Shown: positions 53,407-62,377 of the stretch, piece by piece
Layout: each line of letters begins with the position of its first letter
How positions within the stretch are numbered: position 1 is the stretch's first letter
Source of the DNA: Phycisphaeraceae bacterium
GTDB taxonomy: Bacteria; Planctomycetota; Phycisphaerae; Phycisphaerales; Zrk34
Direction: 5' to 3'
NCBI GenBank assembly: GCA_028282685.1
Contig: JANQHK010000087.1
Coordinates: forward strand, 1,688 to 65,687
Length of the DNA: 64,000 bases
Program-made: the position numbers and the translations under genes
The notes under the pieces: generated by a model
What the model saw: the letters and a program-made list of their open reading frames with translations, nothing else
Told to the model about the DNA's origin: nothing
Databases searched by the model: none

Positions 53407-54902
53407 ACGAACTGGTTGCCCTGCTCGATCGCTGGCAGACAAAGCGTATCGCCGTAGTTGGCGATTTCATGCTCGACCATTATGTCTACGGCAACGCCGA
53501 GCGGCTCAGTCCCGATGCGCCGGTGCCGGTGCTCGCCGTGGAAAACAACCGCCAGCAGCACATGCCCGGCGGAGCGGGAAACGTCTGCCTCATGCTTCGC
53601 GCCTTGCAGTGTGAGGTCCATTGCATCGGCGTGATCGGCAGCGACCCCGAAGGCCGCGAACTCACCGGAGAACTGCAACAGGCCGGCTGCGACACCGCCG
53701 CCCTGCTCTGCGCCAACGATCGCCCCACCACCGTCAAGCGTTCGTTCATCGGCCTCGCCCAGCATCGCCACCCGCAGAAGATGTTCCGTGTCGATTACGA
53801 GCAGACCGAGCCGCTGACCGATGCGCTGCGCGATCGTTTGATCGAAGCCGCCGCCGCGCTGATCGATTCCGCCGACGTGCTGTGCATCGAGGATTATGGC
53901 AAGGGCGTGATCACCACCGAACTGGCCGCCGCGCTGATTGATCGCGCCAAGCAACGCGGCATCCCGGTGCTCGTCGATCCCGCCGCGATCACCGATTATT
54001 CCCCCTACCGCGGCGCGACGCTCATCACACCCAACCGCACCGAAGCCGAGCTGGCTACCGGCCTGCAACTGGAAACCGAAGATGCACTGCACGCTGCCGC
54101 CGCGCGTCTGATCGATGAACTGGATCTGCAAGCCGTGGCTTTGACGCTCGACCGCCGCGGCGCTCTGCTGGCCGAGCGCAACGCCGAGCCGCGCCCGGTG
54201 CCCACCACCGCACGCAGCGTCTACGATGTCACCGGCGCCGGCGACATGGTCTTGGCCGCTCTTGCCGCGTCAATCGCCAACGGGGCCGAACGCTTCGAGG
54301 CGATGAAGCTGGCCAACCTCGCAGCGGGTCTAGAAGTCGAACGCTTCGGCGTCTGCCCGATCGCCCTGGACGAATTGCACCTGGCCGTCCTTCAGGCCCA
54401 CCACGCCACGCTTGGCAAGCTGCGCACAACCGATCTGCTCCTGCCCGAATTGACCGCTCACCGCAGGCAGGGCAAGAAGATCGCTTTCACCAACGGCTGC
54501 TTCGACATCCTCCACGCCGGCCACGTTACCCTGCTCCGCCAGGCGCGCCGGCTCGCCGATCTTCTGGTCCTTGCCGTCAACACCGATATCTCCGTCCGCG
54601 CGCTGAAGGGGGATTCGCGCCCCATCGTCAGCGAAGAAGATCGTCTGGCTGTCCTCAGTGAACTGGAATGCGTGGACTACTTGGTTCTTTTCGGCGACGG
54701 TTCCGGCGGCAATGCCGACACCCCCCTCGCCCTGATCGAAGCCATCAAACCCGATGTGCTGGTCAAAGGCGGCGACTACGCGATCGAACAAATCGTCGGA
54801 CACGAAGTCGTACAGCAGAACGGCGGCGAGGTCGTTTCCATCCCGCTCGTCCAAGGCCGCAGCACCACCAACATCGTCGAACGAATCAAAGAAAATGGCT
54901 AA
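53403..54902 (+). CDS. hldE: bifunctional D-glycero-beta-D-manno-heptose-7-phosphate kinase / heptose-1-phosphate adenylyltransferase
   Basis: 499 aa. It has an N-terminal PfkB-type kinase (VVGDFMLDHYVYG, DVTGAGDMV) and a C-terminal cytidylyltransferase (FTNGCFDILHAGHVTLL). The ATG overlaps the lpxK stop (ATGA, 53403-53406). Confidence 0.93.
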   Translation: MNELVALLDRWQTKRIAVVGDFMLDHYVYGNAERLSPDAPVPVLAVENNRQQHMPGGAGNVCLMLRALQCEVHCIGVIGSDPEGRELTGELQQAGCDTAALLCANDRPTTVKRSFIGLAQHRHPQKMFRVDYEQTEPLTDALRDRLIEAAAALIDSADVLCIEDYGKGVITTELAAALIDRAKQRGIPVLVDPAAITDYSPYRGATLITPNRTEAELATGLQLETEDALHAAAARLIDELDLQAVALTLDRRGALLAERNAEPRPVPTTARSVYDVTGAGDMVLAALAASIANGAERFEAMKLANLAAGLEVERFGVCPIALDELHLAVLQAHHATLGKLRTTDLLLPELTAHRRQGKKIAFTNGCFDILHAGHVTLLRQARRLADLLVLAVNTDISVRALKGDSRPIVSEEDRLAVLSELECVDYLVLFGDGSGGNADTPLALIEAIKPDVLVKGGDYAIEQIVGHEVVQQNGGEVVSIPLVQGRSTTNIVERIKENG

Positions 54903-54951
54903 CCGTCCCATTGGCCCAATGCACCGCTCAACCTGTATACTCGACTACACA

Positions 54952-55683
54952 ATGAATGGAAACCCGGTGGACAACGCGATCGTCGCCGCAGACGGCAACT
55001 GGACCTTCAACGAGCAGGTCGCCGCGCATTTCGACAGCCACGTCCGCAAAAGCATCCCCGGTTACGATAAGATCCAGGCCATTGTTGTTGAACTGGCCGA
55101 GCGGTTCTTGTGCGAAGGCGGCGTGATGTACGACCTCGGCACGGCCACCGGCGAAACCGTCGCCCAACTCCAGCAACGAAATCGATGCGGACCCGACACG
55201 CGCTTCGTCGGCGTCGACAACAGCTTGGCCATGCTCGAGCGCGCCCGCGACAAGTGCGATGCGGCTAACGCCGAGTTTCATTACGCCGATGTGGCGGAAA
55301 TGACGGCCTTCCCCGAGGCCCGGTTGGTTGTCTGCGTCTGCACGTTGCAGTTCATCCCCGTCGAACACCGCGCCCCCGTCTTGCGAGCCGCGCAATCGGC
55401 AATCGAAACCGGCGGCGCTGTTCTGCTCGTCGAAAAGATCCGCGCCGAGTCCGACGATGTGCAACGCACGTGGGACGAAATGCTCCACGCACACAAACGA
55501 TCGCAAGGCCTCAGCGACGCGATGATCCGACAGAAGGCGAAATCGCTGGCCGGTGTATTGATCCCGCTCACACTCGAACAGAACACCGCCATGCTCCGCG
55601 ATGCGGGTTTCGGGCCCGTCGAAATCGTCTTCCTCTGGGACGGATTCGCCGGATTGCTGGCGCACCAGCAGGGCGCCCGTTGA
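54952..55683 (+). CDS. cmoA: CmoA-type carboxy-S-adenosyl-L-methionine synthase homologue
   Basis: ORF 54754..55683, with the start moved to ATG 54952. The 243-aa product is co-linear with E. coli CmoA as I recall it ([70 protein letters not shown]). Confidence 0.75.
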   Translation: [243 protein letters not shown]

Positions 55684-56606
55684 TGTCGCCACAGGCCTAC
55701 GATGCCGATTCGCCGAATCGACCCGGTGTCATCGGGCGATTCGTCCGCTCCATCCGAGACTATCCGTACAAGAAATACCGCCACCTGAATCGCAAGTATT
55801 ACCGCCGACGCTTCCGGCGCGATCCCACCGCAACGTTCAAAGTCCGGGGCGCGCGGTTCCGATTCCACGATCCGCAGTGGGAGTACCTCTGGCGTCACTT
55901 CATCGGTTCCGGCGATGAAAAGCCATGCACTTACGAACCCTCCGTGGAGTCGCTGCTCAAAACCCTGCTCACCGGTCGCGGCCCCTGCGGTTTCCTCGAT
56001 ATCGGCGCATACTACGGTTACTTCACCGCCTACGTCGCCGCGCTCCACGGCGCGTGTGAAGTGCACGCCTTCGAGCCGAGCCCCGAATTTCTCCCGGTGC
56101 TGCGTCGCAACGTTGAATTGAACGGCAACCGCGCCCGGGTTCATGAAGTCGCACTCTCCGACGAAGTCGGCCAAATCGAGTTTGCCGATCGCAGCATGAA
56201 AAAAGCCGAGCCCGGCATGACCGTCCACACGGTGGAGGCGATCCCGTTGGACGATCTGCGCCAGCGCGAGTCGATGCGGGCCGACATCGTCAAAATCGAC
56301 GTGCACGGCTGCGAAGCCAAGGTATTGCGCGGCATGCCGCGGACACTGGCCGAAGATGTGCAACACCTGCTGCTGGAGATTCACCCCGAGCCCTGGTTGG
56401 TTGACGCCACGCTCAAGCAGGTGGTGGACCTGGTGCTCGACGCCGGTTTTGAGCTGCTGGAACTGGTGGATTTCCGCACCGCCCCGCAGCCGATCATGGT
56501 CCCGGTGGAAGGTGAACACTACGCCGCCCTAGTGGACATGTCCCGATGGACCAAAGAACAGGAACGCGACAGCCGCATGTTGTATGGGCGGAAGAGGAAC
56601 AGTTGA
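55683..56606 (+). CDS. FkbM-family methyltransferase
   Basis: ORF 55470..56606, with the start at ATG 55683, overlapping the upstream TGA (TGATG). Blocks are FLDIGAYYGYFTAYVA, VHAFEPSPEFLPVLRRNVELNG, VHEVALSDEVGQIEF and IVKIDVHGCEAKVLRG. Confidence 0.8.
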   Translation: MSPQAYDADSPNRPGVIGRFVRSIRDYPYKKYRHLNRKYYRRRFRRDPTATFKVRGARFRFHDPQWEYLWRHFIGSGDEKPCTYEPSVESLLKTLLTGRGPCGFLDIGAYYGYFTAYVAALHGACEVHAFEPSPEFLPVLRRNVELNGNRARVHEVALSDEVGQIEFADRSMKKAEPGMTVHTVEAIPLDDLRQRESMRADIVKIDVHGCEAKVLRGMPRTLAEDVQHLLLEIHPEPWLVDATLKQVVDLVLDAGFELLELVDFRTAPQPIMVPVEGEHYAALVDMSRWTKEQERDSRMLYGRKRNS

Positions 56607-56793
56607 TCCGTTAATCCGTTGATCAGACATGTCTTCCCAAGCCGGACCTGAGCATCGCTCCTGCGATACGAAGGTTCGGATGAAACCCCTGTCGTTCCAC
56701 GCCCACTCTCTTCAAAAGCCCACGCCTTCCCCGGTGTGGGCCTCATTCGGTATAATACCCACACACAACTTTCACAATTCCAGGGAATCAATA

Positions 56794-57108
56794 ATGAATA
56801 AGAGCTTATGCATTCCAGACAAAACAGGACGACCAGTTCACATACATAAACCACACTGGAAAATATCTGCCTACCAACGCGATTGCATATACCAACGGTT
56901 TCTTCAGAAGTTCCCAGACAAAAACTGGCGAAGTACGAAGGCGCGTGATTGGATGTGTTTGCAGGCAGAGCAATATGGTTTGAGCAGTTCGCGCGTACGG
57001 GATTTCATTGGGGAAGCTTGTAAAGCAGAAATCGGAAAATCGGATAAAAGTTGGAAATGGTGGGTGGATTGTTCATTGATTCCCGGTGCTAAGGAAACAG
57101 AACCTTGA
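56794..57108 (+). CDS. orphan hypothetical protein in a low-GC island (basic, Trp/Cys-rich, 104 aa)
   Basis: ORF 56629..57108, with the start moved to ATG 56794. A perfect TATAAT lies at 56751-56756 and an AGGGA RBS-like motif lies 9-13 nt upstream. A/T-rich codon usage differs from all neighbours. I recognise no family. Confidence 0.4.
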   Translation: MNKSLCIPDKTGRPVHIHKPHWKISAYQRDCIYQRFLQKFPDKNWRSTKARDWMCLQAEQYGLSSSRVRDFIGEACKAEIGKSDKSWKWWVDCSLIPGAKETEP

Positions 57109-57252
57109 TACTTCCACAGAAATATCGCGATAAACCGCGTCGCTCAATATTATACTTCTTCGCGGCCTGGGCGCTCTTTGTGCCTTGGCGGTGAAATGAT
57201 TAGCCTGGTTGATACGGCGTCGCTGCGCGACATCCGCCTAACGTATTACTGG

Positions 57253-57304
57253 ATTCCCGCCTGCGCGGGAATGACAAATGAAAATCCCGCCGTGCACGGC
57301 GGGA
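57253..57304 (-). terminator. two tandem perfect hairpins downstream of dnaN; the distal one is a rho-independent terminator
   Basis: On the minus strand the first element is TCCCGCCG-TGCA-CGGCGGGA (57304-57285) followed by TTTTCATTT. The second is ATTCCCGC-GCAG-GCGGGAAT (57272-57253). Confidence 0.6.
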
Positions 57305-57384
57305 CTTGTTGAGTTTCAAACCATCATTTCGCACATGGCCACTGAAGTGGCCAAGCCAGTGAACCAATCAACCGGTTAACCAAC

Positions 57385-58482
57385 TCACCCCAGACTCACC
57401 GGCATGACGACGTAGGTGAACTCCGGGCCGGTCTTCAACAGACCGGGTTTGTTGGGGGCTTTCAATTCAATCGAGACGGTATCGGAATCGATGATCTTGA
57501 GCGCATCGACGACGAACGTGGGGTTGAAGCCGATCTCGACGGGGTCGCCGGAGTAGGATTCGATGGGGACGTTGACCTCGGCCTCGCCCATTTCCGGGGC
57601 GCGACTGGTCAATTGCAATTGCTCGGCGCTGAAGGCCATGCGAACGCCCTTCGATTCCTCGTTGGTCAGCAGCGCGGCACGGCGGACGCCGGATGCGAGC
57701 AGGTCGGTCTTGAAGACGGCCTTGCGATCCTGGTCGCGGGGGATGACATCCCTGTAGGGCGGAAAATTGCCCTCGACGAGGTTGGTCGTGAGCGTGGCGC
57801 GGTCGGTGGCAAAACGGGCCTGGTTGTCGGCCAATGCGGCGCGGACCGATTCGGTGGGATCGTCGAACAGCCGGGCAAGCAGCTTGAGGGCCTTGGTGGG
57901 GATGATGGCGTTGAAGGCCTCGCCGGGCCCGGAGACGGCGCCGCGGGCCATGGCCAAGCGTCGGCCGTCAGTGGCGACCATCGCCAACTTCTTCGCCTCG
58001 CGCTCGATGAGGACGCCGTTGATCGCATAGCGGCTGTTTTCCCGGGCGGTGGCGAACTCGGTCTTGGTGATCAGGTCGTGCAGTTGTCCGGCGTTGATTT
58101 CCATGTCGGCCTCGCCGGTGAACGGTTCGACGGGCGGGAAGTCGCCCGGGGGGGAGCCGAAGACCTTGAAATGGGAATCGGAGCCGCGCACGTGGGTGTG
58201 TTCTTCCTCGGTTTCGAGGGTGATCGTTTCGTCGGCGGATTCGCGGACGATGGAGGCGAGCTTTTCGGCGGGGAGGACGGCCTGGCCCTCCTCGGTAATC
58301 TCCACCTGCTCGACAATCATGTGCACGGCGACTTCGAGGTCGGTCCCGGCGACGATGAGCTTGCCGCCGGTCGCCTCGAGTTTGACGCACTGGAGAATGG
58401 GCTTGGGCGTGCGCTGGAGGGCAACCTGTCCGGCCAGGTTCAACGCTTCAACCAACGCGCCTCGATCGCAGATGACTTTCAT
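57385..58482 (-). CDS. dnaN: DNA polymerase III subunit beta (sliding clamp)
   Basis: 365 aa with a three-domain clamp pattern. The N-terminus is MKVICDRGALVEALNLAGQVALQRTPKPILQCVKLEA and the C-terminal block is PGLLKTGPEFTYVVMPV. Confidence 0.95.
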   Translation of the reverse strand: MKVICDRGALVEALNLAGQVALQRTPKPILQCVKLEATGGKLIVAGTDLEVAVHMIVEQVEITEEGQAVLPAEKLASIVRESADETITLETEEEHTHVRGSDSHFKVFGSPPGDFPPVEPFTGEADMEINAGQLHDLITKTEFATARENSRYAINGVLIEREAKKLAMVATDGRRLAMARGAVSGPGEAFNAIIPTKALKLLARLFDDPTESVRAALADNQARFATDRATLTTNLVEGNFPPYRDVIPRDQDRKAVFKTDLLASGVRRAALLTNEESKGVRMAFSAEQLQLTSRAPEMGEAEVNVPIESYSGDPVEIGFNPTFVVDALKIIDSDTVSIELKAPNKPGLLKTGPEFTYVVMPVSLG

Positions 58483-58609
58483 GGAAGTGTCCTCGCTCTA
58501 TTTAGTCCTTTAGGGTACCGCGCGGGGGAGAGGATGCAAGTTAGCTTATGCCGGTTTGGGAACCCGGGTTTCGGCCTTGCAGACTCGGTTCTCAACCTCG
58601 GGCTTAAAA

Positions 58610-60007
58610 TCAATGGGCCTCGATGACGCGGACGATTGCCGCCAGGTCATCGGGAACGGGGATCGGGCGGTTGGAGGCCCGGCCGGCCGGATCGCAGCGC
58701 GGGGCGGTCTCCTGGGCGGCCATCATGTCGATGCCGGTGTGATAGCGGACCGTGGCGTCCGGATCCTTGAGCTGGTGGCCGGTGAGGATGCAGACGACTT
58801 CGGCGTCGGCGTCGATCACGCCTTCCTCACGCAACAGACGAGCCCCGGCGACCGAAGCGGCGCTGGCCGGCTCGCAGCCGAAACCGTAGCGGCCCACCAG
58901 CGCTTTGTGTTCGAGGATGGTTTCGTCATCGACCTCGCGCACCACGCCGTCCATCAGTTCCAGCGAGCGCAGGCACTTGGGCAGGTTCACGGGTTTTCCG
59001 ATCTCGATGGCCGAGGCGACGGTTCGGACGGCGATGTTCTTCGCCCACAAGTCATCGCGGAGGGAGTGATCCCATCGTCCACCGTTCCAGCGCAGGCCCT
59101 GCTCGTGGTAAAGCGTGTAGAGCGGATCGGCTCCGGCGGCCTGGATCACGGCCAGTCGGGGCAATCGACCGATCAGGCCCAGTTGACGCAGTTCGCCAAA
59201 GGCCTTGCCGAACGCCGCGGAATTGCCGAGATTGCCCCCGGGAACGACGATCCAATCGGGCACGCGCCAATCGCGTGCCTCGAGGATGCGATACATGATC
59301 GACTTCTGCCCTTCCAGGCGGAAGGGATTGATCGAGTTCATCAGGTAAATACCCAGTTCCGGGTGTTCGCTGACGATATCGCGCAGGTTGCGCAGGCAGG
59401 CGTCGAAATCGCCTTCGACCTGGAGGGTGAGCGTGCCGTAATCCAAGGCCTGGCTGAGCTTGCCGTAGGCGATCTTCCCGGAGCCGATGAACACGATGCC
59501 CTGGAGTCCGGCGTGAGCGGCGAACATGGCCAGGGAGGCCGAGGTATTGCCGGTGGAGGCGCAGGCGACGCGCCGCGCGCCGACCATGCGGGCATGGGTG
59601 AAGGCGGCGGTCATGCCGTTGTCTTTGAACGATCCGGTGGGATTGAGACCTTCGTATTGGAGGAACAGATTGCCAGGGTCGAAACCGATCTGCCGGGCCA
59701 GTTCGCGGGCGTCTTGTAAGTTGGTGCGTCCTTCTCCGATGGTGACGATGCGATCGTCATTGCCGTAGAACGGCAGCAGTTCGCGGAATCGCCATACACC
59801 GGAGAAATCCAGCCGCCCCCGTCCCTGGGCGCCTTTGCTGGCCCAGCGCTGTTCAAAGTCGGCCCAGCGCGGGACCGGCAGGCGATCCCAGTCGTACTGC
59901 ACATCGAGCAGCGCCCCGCATTTCGGACAGGCCGTCAACACGCGGTCCACTTCAAACGTGGCGGCACAATCGGGGTGGATGCATTGCTGGTAGGCGGTGT
60001 CGGCCAT
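58610..60007 (-). CDS. thrC: threonine synthase (long form with N-terminal zinc-ribbon)
   Basis: 465 aa. It has the zinc-ribbon [10 protein letters not shown]...[14 protein letters not shown] and the PLP lysine motif [12 protein letters not shown]. Confidence 0.94.
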   Translation of the reverse strand: MADTAYQQCIHPDCAATFEVDRVLTACPKCGALLDVQYDWDRLPVPRWADFEQRWASKGAQGRGRLDFSGVWRFRELLPFYGNDDRIVTIGEGRTNLQDARELARQIGFDPGNLFLQYEGLNPTGSFKDNGMTAAFTHARMVGARRVACASTGNTSASLAMFAAHAGLQGIVFIGSGKIAYGKLSQALDYGTLTLQVEGDFDACLRNLRDIVSEHPELGIYLMNSINPFRLEGQKSIMYRILEARDWRVPDWIVVPGGNLGNSAAFGKAFGELRQLGLIGRLPRLAVIQAAGADPLYTLYHEQGLRWNGGRWDHSLRDDLWAKNIAVRTVASAIEIGKPVNLPKCLRSLELMDGVVREVDDETILEHKALVGRYGFGCEPASAASVAGARLLREEGVIDADAEVVCILTGHQLKDPDATVRYHTGIDMMAAQETAPRCDPAGRASNRPIPVPDDLAAIVRVIEAH

Positions 60008-60052
60008 GGTAAGTGCTATCGGCAGATGCGCCGCGCGGGATTGGTTTGATGC

Positions 60053-60829
60053 TTACTCGGCACGACGATTGGGATGCTCGGCCGGGATGCGGCGTTTGGG
60101 ATCGATGCCGGCGCGCGTGCCTTCGCCGGTGGGCCGCGTGGCGAAATGGGGCAGATCGACCGGCTGCGGACCGAGCCAGCACTTTTCATCCCGGCACTTG
60201 GCGATCAGGTTCACCGCTTCGTCGATGTCGTCGGTCAGCATGAACCGCTGCATGTCTTCGGGGCTGATGTTCTCGAACTTTTCAAGCATGACCCGTTGCA
60301 CCCAGTCGATCAGGCCGGACCAGAAATCCGTGCCGATCAGCACCACGGGAAACGGGGCGATCTTAAGGGTCTGGATGAGCGTCATGGATTCGAAGAATTC
60401 GTCCATCGTGCCAAAGCCGCCGGGGAAGATGACGAAGGCCTGGGCGTACTTGACGAACATGACCTTGCGCACGAAGAAGTAGCGAAAGGTCAATTCGTGG
60501 GTCTGGTAGGGATTGGGTTCCTGCTCCATGGGCAGGGTGATATTGAGCCCAACGCTCTTGCCGTCGGCTTCCATCGCGCCGAGGTTGGCCGCCTCCATGA
60601 TGCCGGGGCCCCCGCCGGTGATCACGGCAAAATCCGCCTGGACCAGTTTGGCCGACATCTGCCGACACAATTCGTAATAGTGCTCGCCGGGCGGTGTGCG
60701 TGCGGATCCGAAGACGGTCACCGCAGGACCAATCTGCCGCATCAGCTCAAACCCTTCAACAAACTCGGCCATGATGCGAAAAACGCGCCAGGTTTCACCG
60801 TTCATATCATCAAGGTGCTCGTAAGGCAT
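60053..60829 (-). CDS. LOG-family protein (TIGR00730-type Rossmann fold nucleotide-binding / cytokinin riboside 5'-monophosphate phosphoribohydrolase-like)
   Basis: 258 aa. Blocks VFGSART, GGGPGIMEAAN and PGGFGTMDEFFE are present. Confidence 0.9.
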   Translation of the reverse strand: MPYEHLDDMNGETWRVFRIMAEFVEGFELMRQIGPAVTVFGSARTPPGEHYYELCRQMSAKLVQADFAVITGGGPGIMEAANLGAMEADGKSVGLNITLPMEQEPNPYQTHELTFRYFFVRKVMFVKYAQAFVIFPGGFGTMDEFFESMTLIQTLKIAPFPVVLIGTDFWSGLIDWVQRVMLEKFENISPEDMQRFMLTDDIDEAVNLIAKCRDEKCWLGPQPVDLPHFATRPTGEGTRAGIDPKRRIPAEHPNRRAE

Positions 60830-60988
60830 GGCATCTCCTGGTTAATTCGTGGGCTGGTATTGTAAAGGGGATCGGTGCGTGAAACACGGTGCGTGTTAAG
60901 ACGGGATTGATTTGCCCGGCCGGAAGCGTGTGATGCCTGCCCGACCGGACTCGTCGCCCACTTGGAGAAGAAACGTCGGCATAGCCCT

Positions 60989-62377
60989 CTATTCGGTTTG
61001 CGGCACTGGAGCGTCGCCGGGCGGGGCATCCGTCTGTTCGATCTCCAAGGCCCGATTGGCAGTGGGTTGAACCGCCTGCACCCTGTCGTTGTTGACGTAG
61101 ACGGGAATGTTAATCACCACTTGCTTCTTGTCATCACGCGGCGCGGCCTTGGTGTTCTGCGCCTGCACGGCGGTGTGCGACGATTGTTCTACGGCCGTTG
61201 CCTTCGTTTTCCTAAGCAGCGGGAGCTGCTCGGTCAGGATGGCGTTGTAATCGGGTTTGGAGCGCGGCCAGGTGCGCGCCAGATCCATCGTTTCGTAACG
61301 CCGCTGGAACACCACGCGCTGCCCGGCCCGAACCTGCTTCTGCCGTTCGACCTGCGAAACATTGCGCACCCAGTTGTTGAACTGATCGGTGGGGATTTCC
61401 AGTTTGTAACTGACTTGAGCCATGTACTGAGCATCGACGGGATCGACGCGTTTCTGGCCGTTGCGGGTGGTCAGCGGTCCGATCAGGTTGGTTTGCGGAA
61501 GGTGTGCGGAGGCGGAAATGAGCTGGTCGTTGGTCAGCGTCACATCGTTAGTATTGACCACCACCTCGAGCGCGGCGATTTCCTCGGGGCTGAGTTGAAT
61601 CTCCTCATTGACCAGCGAGGCGAGATCGAATTGCTCGGGCGTTTCGACAATCAGTTGATGGACCTGGGGACCGGGCGCACTGGGACCGGCCTTGGCGACT
61701 TGCGCCACATCCTGCTGCGTGCCCGCACGTGAGGTAATAGCACGCTGCTGCACCGCGATCTCTGGCTCGGCCTGTTGGCCCAGGGCTTCCTGTCGGCCTG
61801 CCGCTGGCCCGCCCTTGGCGATGAGGACGGTGGTGCCGGGATCCGATTGCCGGTCCGCGTGGACTGCGATGGGATCGGATTGAACATCGGGATTGGCAGG
61901 CGCCTGCTCGGCCCGGGCGTTTGACTTGGCGATCATCGGCCCGCCCTTGCCGGGCAAAATCGGCTCGCTATCTTCATGCTCGCCTTCGGAATGGAACGCC
62001 ACATCCGGTCCGGCCAGGTTGGTCAGCGACTGAAACACGACGAAGGTGCACAAGAGCAACATGGCGGCCACAGCGGCGGTAAAACTGAGCCGACGCAGAA
62101 CGCCGCGCTTGTGATTCACCCGGGCCTCGGTTTCGTCGGGGCTGGGCTCGAGCAGCATGGTCCGTTCCAGACTTCCGAGCGCTTCGTCCATCAACCAGGT
62201 GGGTGTGGGCGGTTCGGGAAGCTGGCGCAGAGTGTCCCGATCGCGGCGCATGTCCTCAAGAAGCCGACCGAGCCGTTCGTCCCGGGCGATCAACTTCTCG
62301 ACGCGGGCGCGATCTTCGGGGCCCAATTCGCCTTCGACAAAATCCAGCAGAAGTTGTTCGTCGTAGGTGTCTGTCAT
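60989..62377 (-). CDS. putative anti-sigma factor (single-pass membrane protein, non-zinc type) with a large extracytoplasmic domain of unknown family
   Basis: 462 aa. The ATG overlaps the stop of the ECF sigma gene (ATGA, 62377-62374). It has an N-terminal helical region DEQLLLDFVEGELGPEDRARVEKLIARDERL without the H-x3-C-x2-C motif, and the TM segment LSFTAAVAAMLLLCTFVVFQSL. Confidence 0.6.
   Translation of the reverse strand: MTDTYDEQLLLDFVEGELGPEDRARVEKLIARDERLGRLLEDMRRDRDTLRQLPEPPTPTWLMDEALGSLERTMLLEPSPDETEARVNHKRGVLRRLSFTAAVAAMLLLCTFVVFQSLTNLAGPDVAFHSEGEHEDSEPILPGKGGPMIAKSNARAEQAPANPDVQSDPIAVHADRQSDPGTTVLIAKGGPAAGRQEALGQQAEPEIAVQQRAITSRAGTQQDVAQVAKAGPSAPGPQVHQLIVETPEQFDLASLVNEEIQLSPEEIAALEVVVNTNDVTLTNDQLISASAHLPQTNLIGPLTTRNGQKRVDPVDAQYMAQVSYKLEIPTDQFNNWVRNVSQVERQKQVRAGQRVVFQRRYETMDLARTWPRSKPDYNAILTEQLPLLRKTKATAVEQSSHTAVQAQNTKAAPRDDKKQVVINIPVYVNNDRVQAVQPTANRALEIEQTDAPPGDAPVPQTE

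Noticed and set aside
52288-56519. Minus-strand ORFs of 313, 305, 254 and 412 aa opposite lpxK, hldE, cmoA-like and FkbM. Similar antisense ORFs occur at 15378..16388, 28950..29567, 29756..30442, 35642..36706, 57613..58626, 58556..59719 and 60074..60865.
   Set aside because: Each lies antisense to a CDS with family-specific motifs, and none shows motifs of its own. This is consistent with GC-driven open frames.
56607-58609. A possible oriC next to dnaN, given the AT-rich island and the dnaN upstream spacer
   Set aside because: I found only isolated partial DnaA-box look-alikes (for example ACTTCCACA at ~57110 and GGTGGATTG at ~57065), with no cluster of TTATCCACA-type boxes. The AT-rich tract lies 3' of dnaN and is better explained by an ORF plus terminators. 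The spacer 5' of dnaN is GC-rich.
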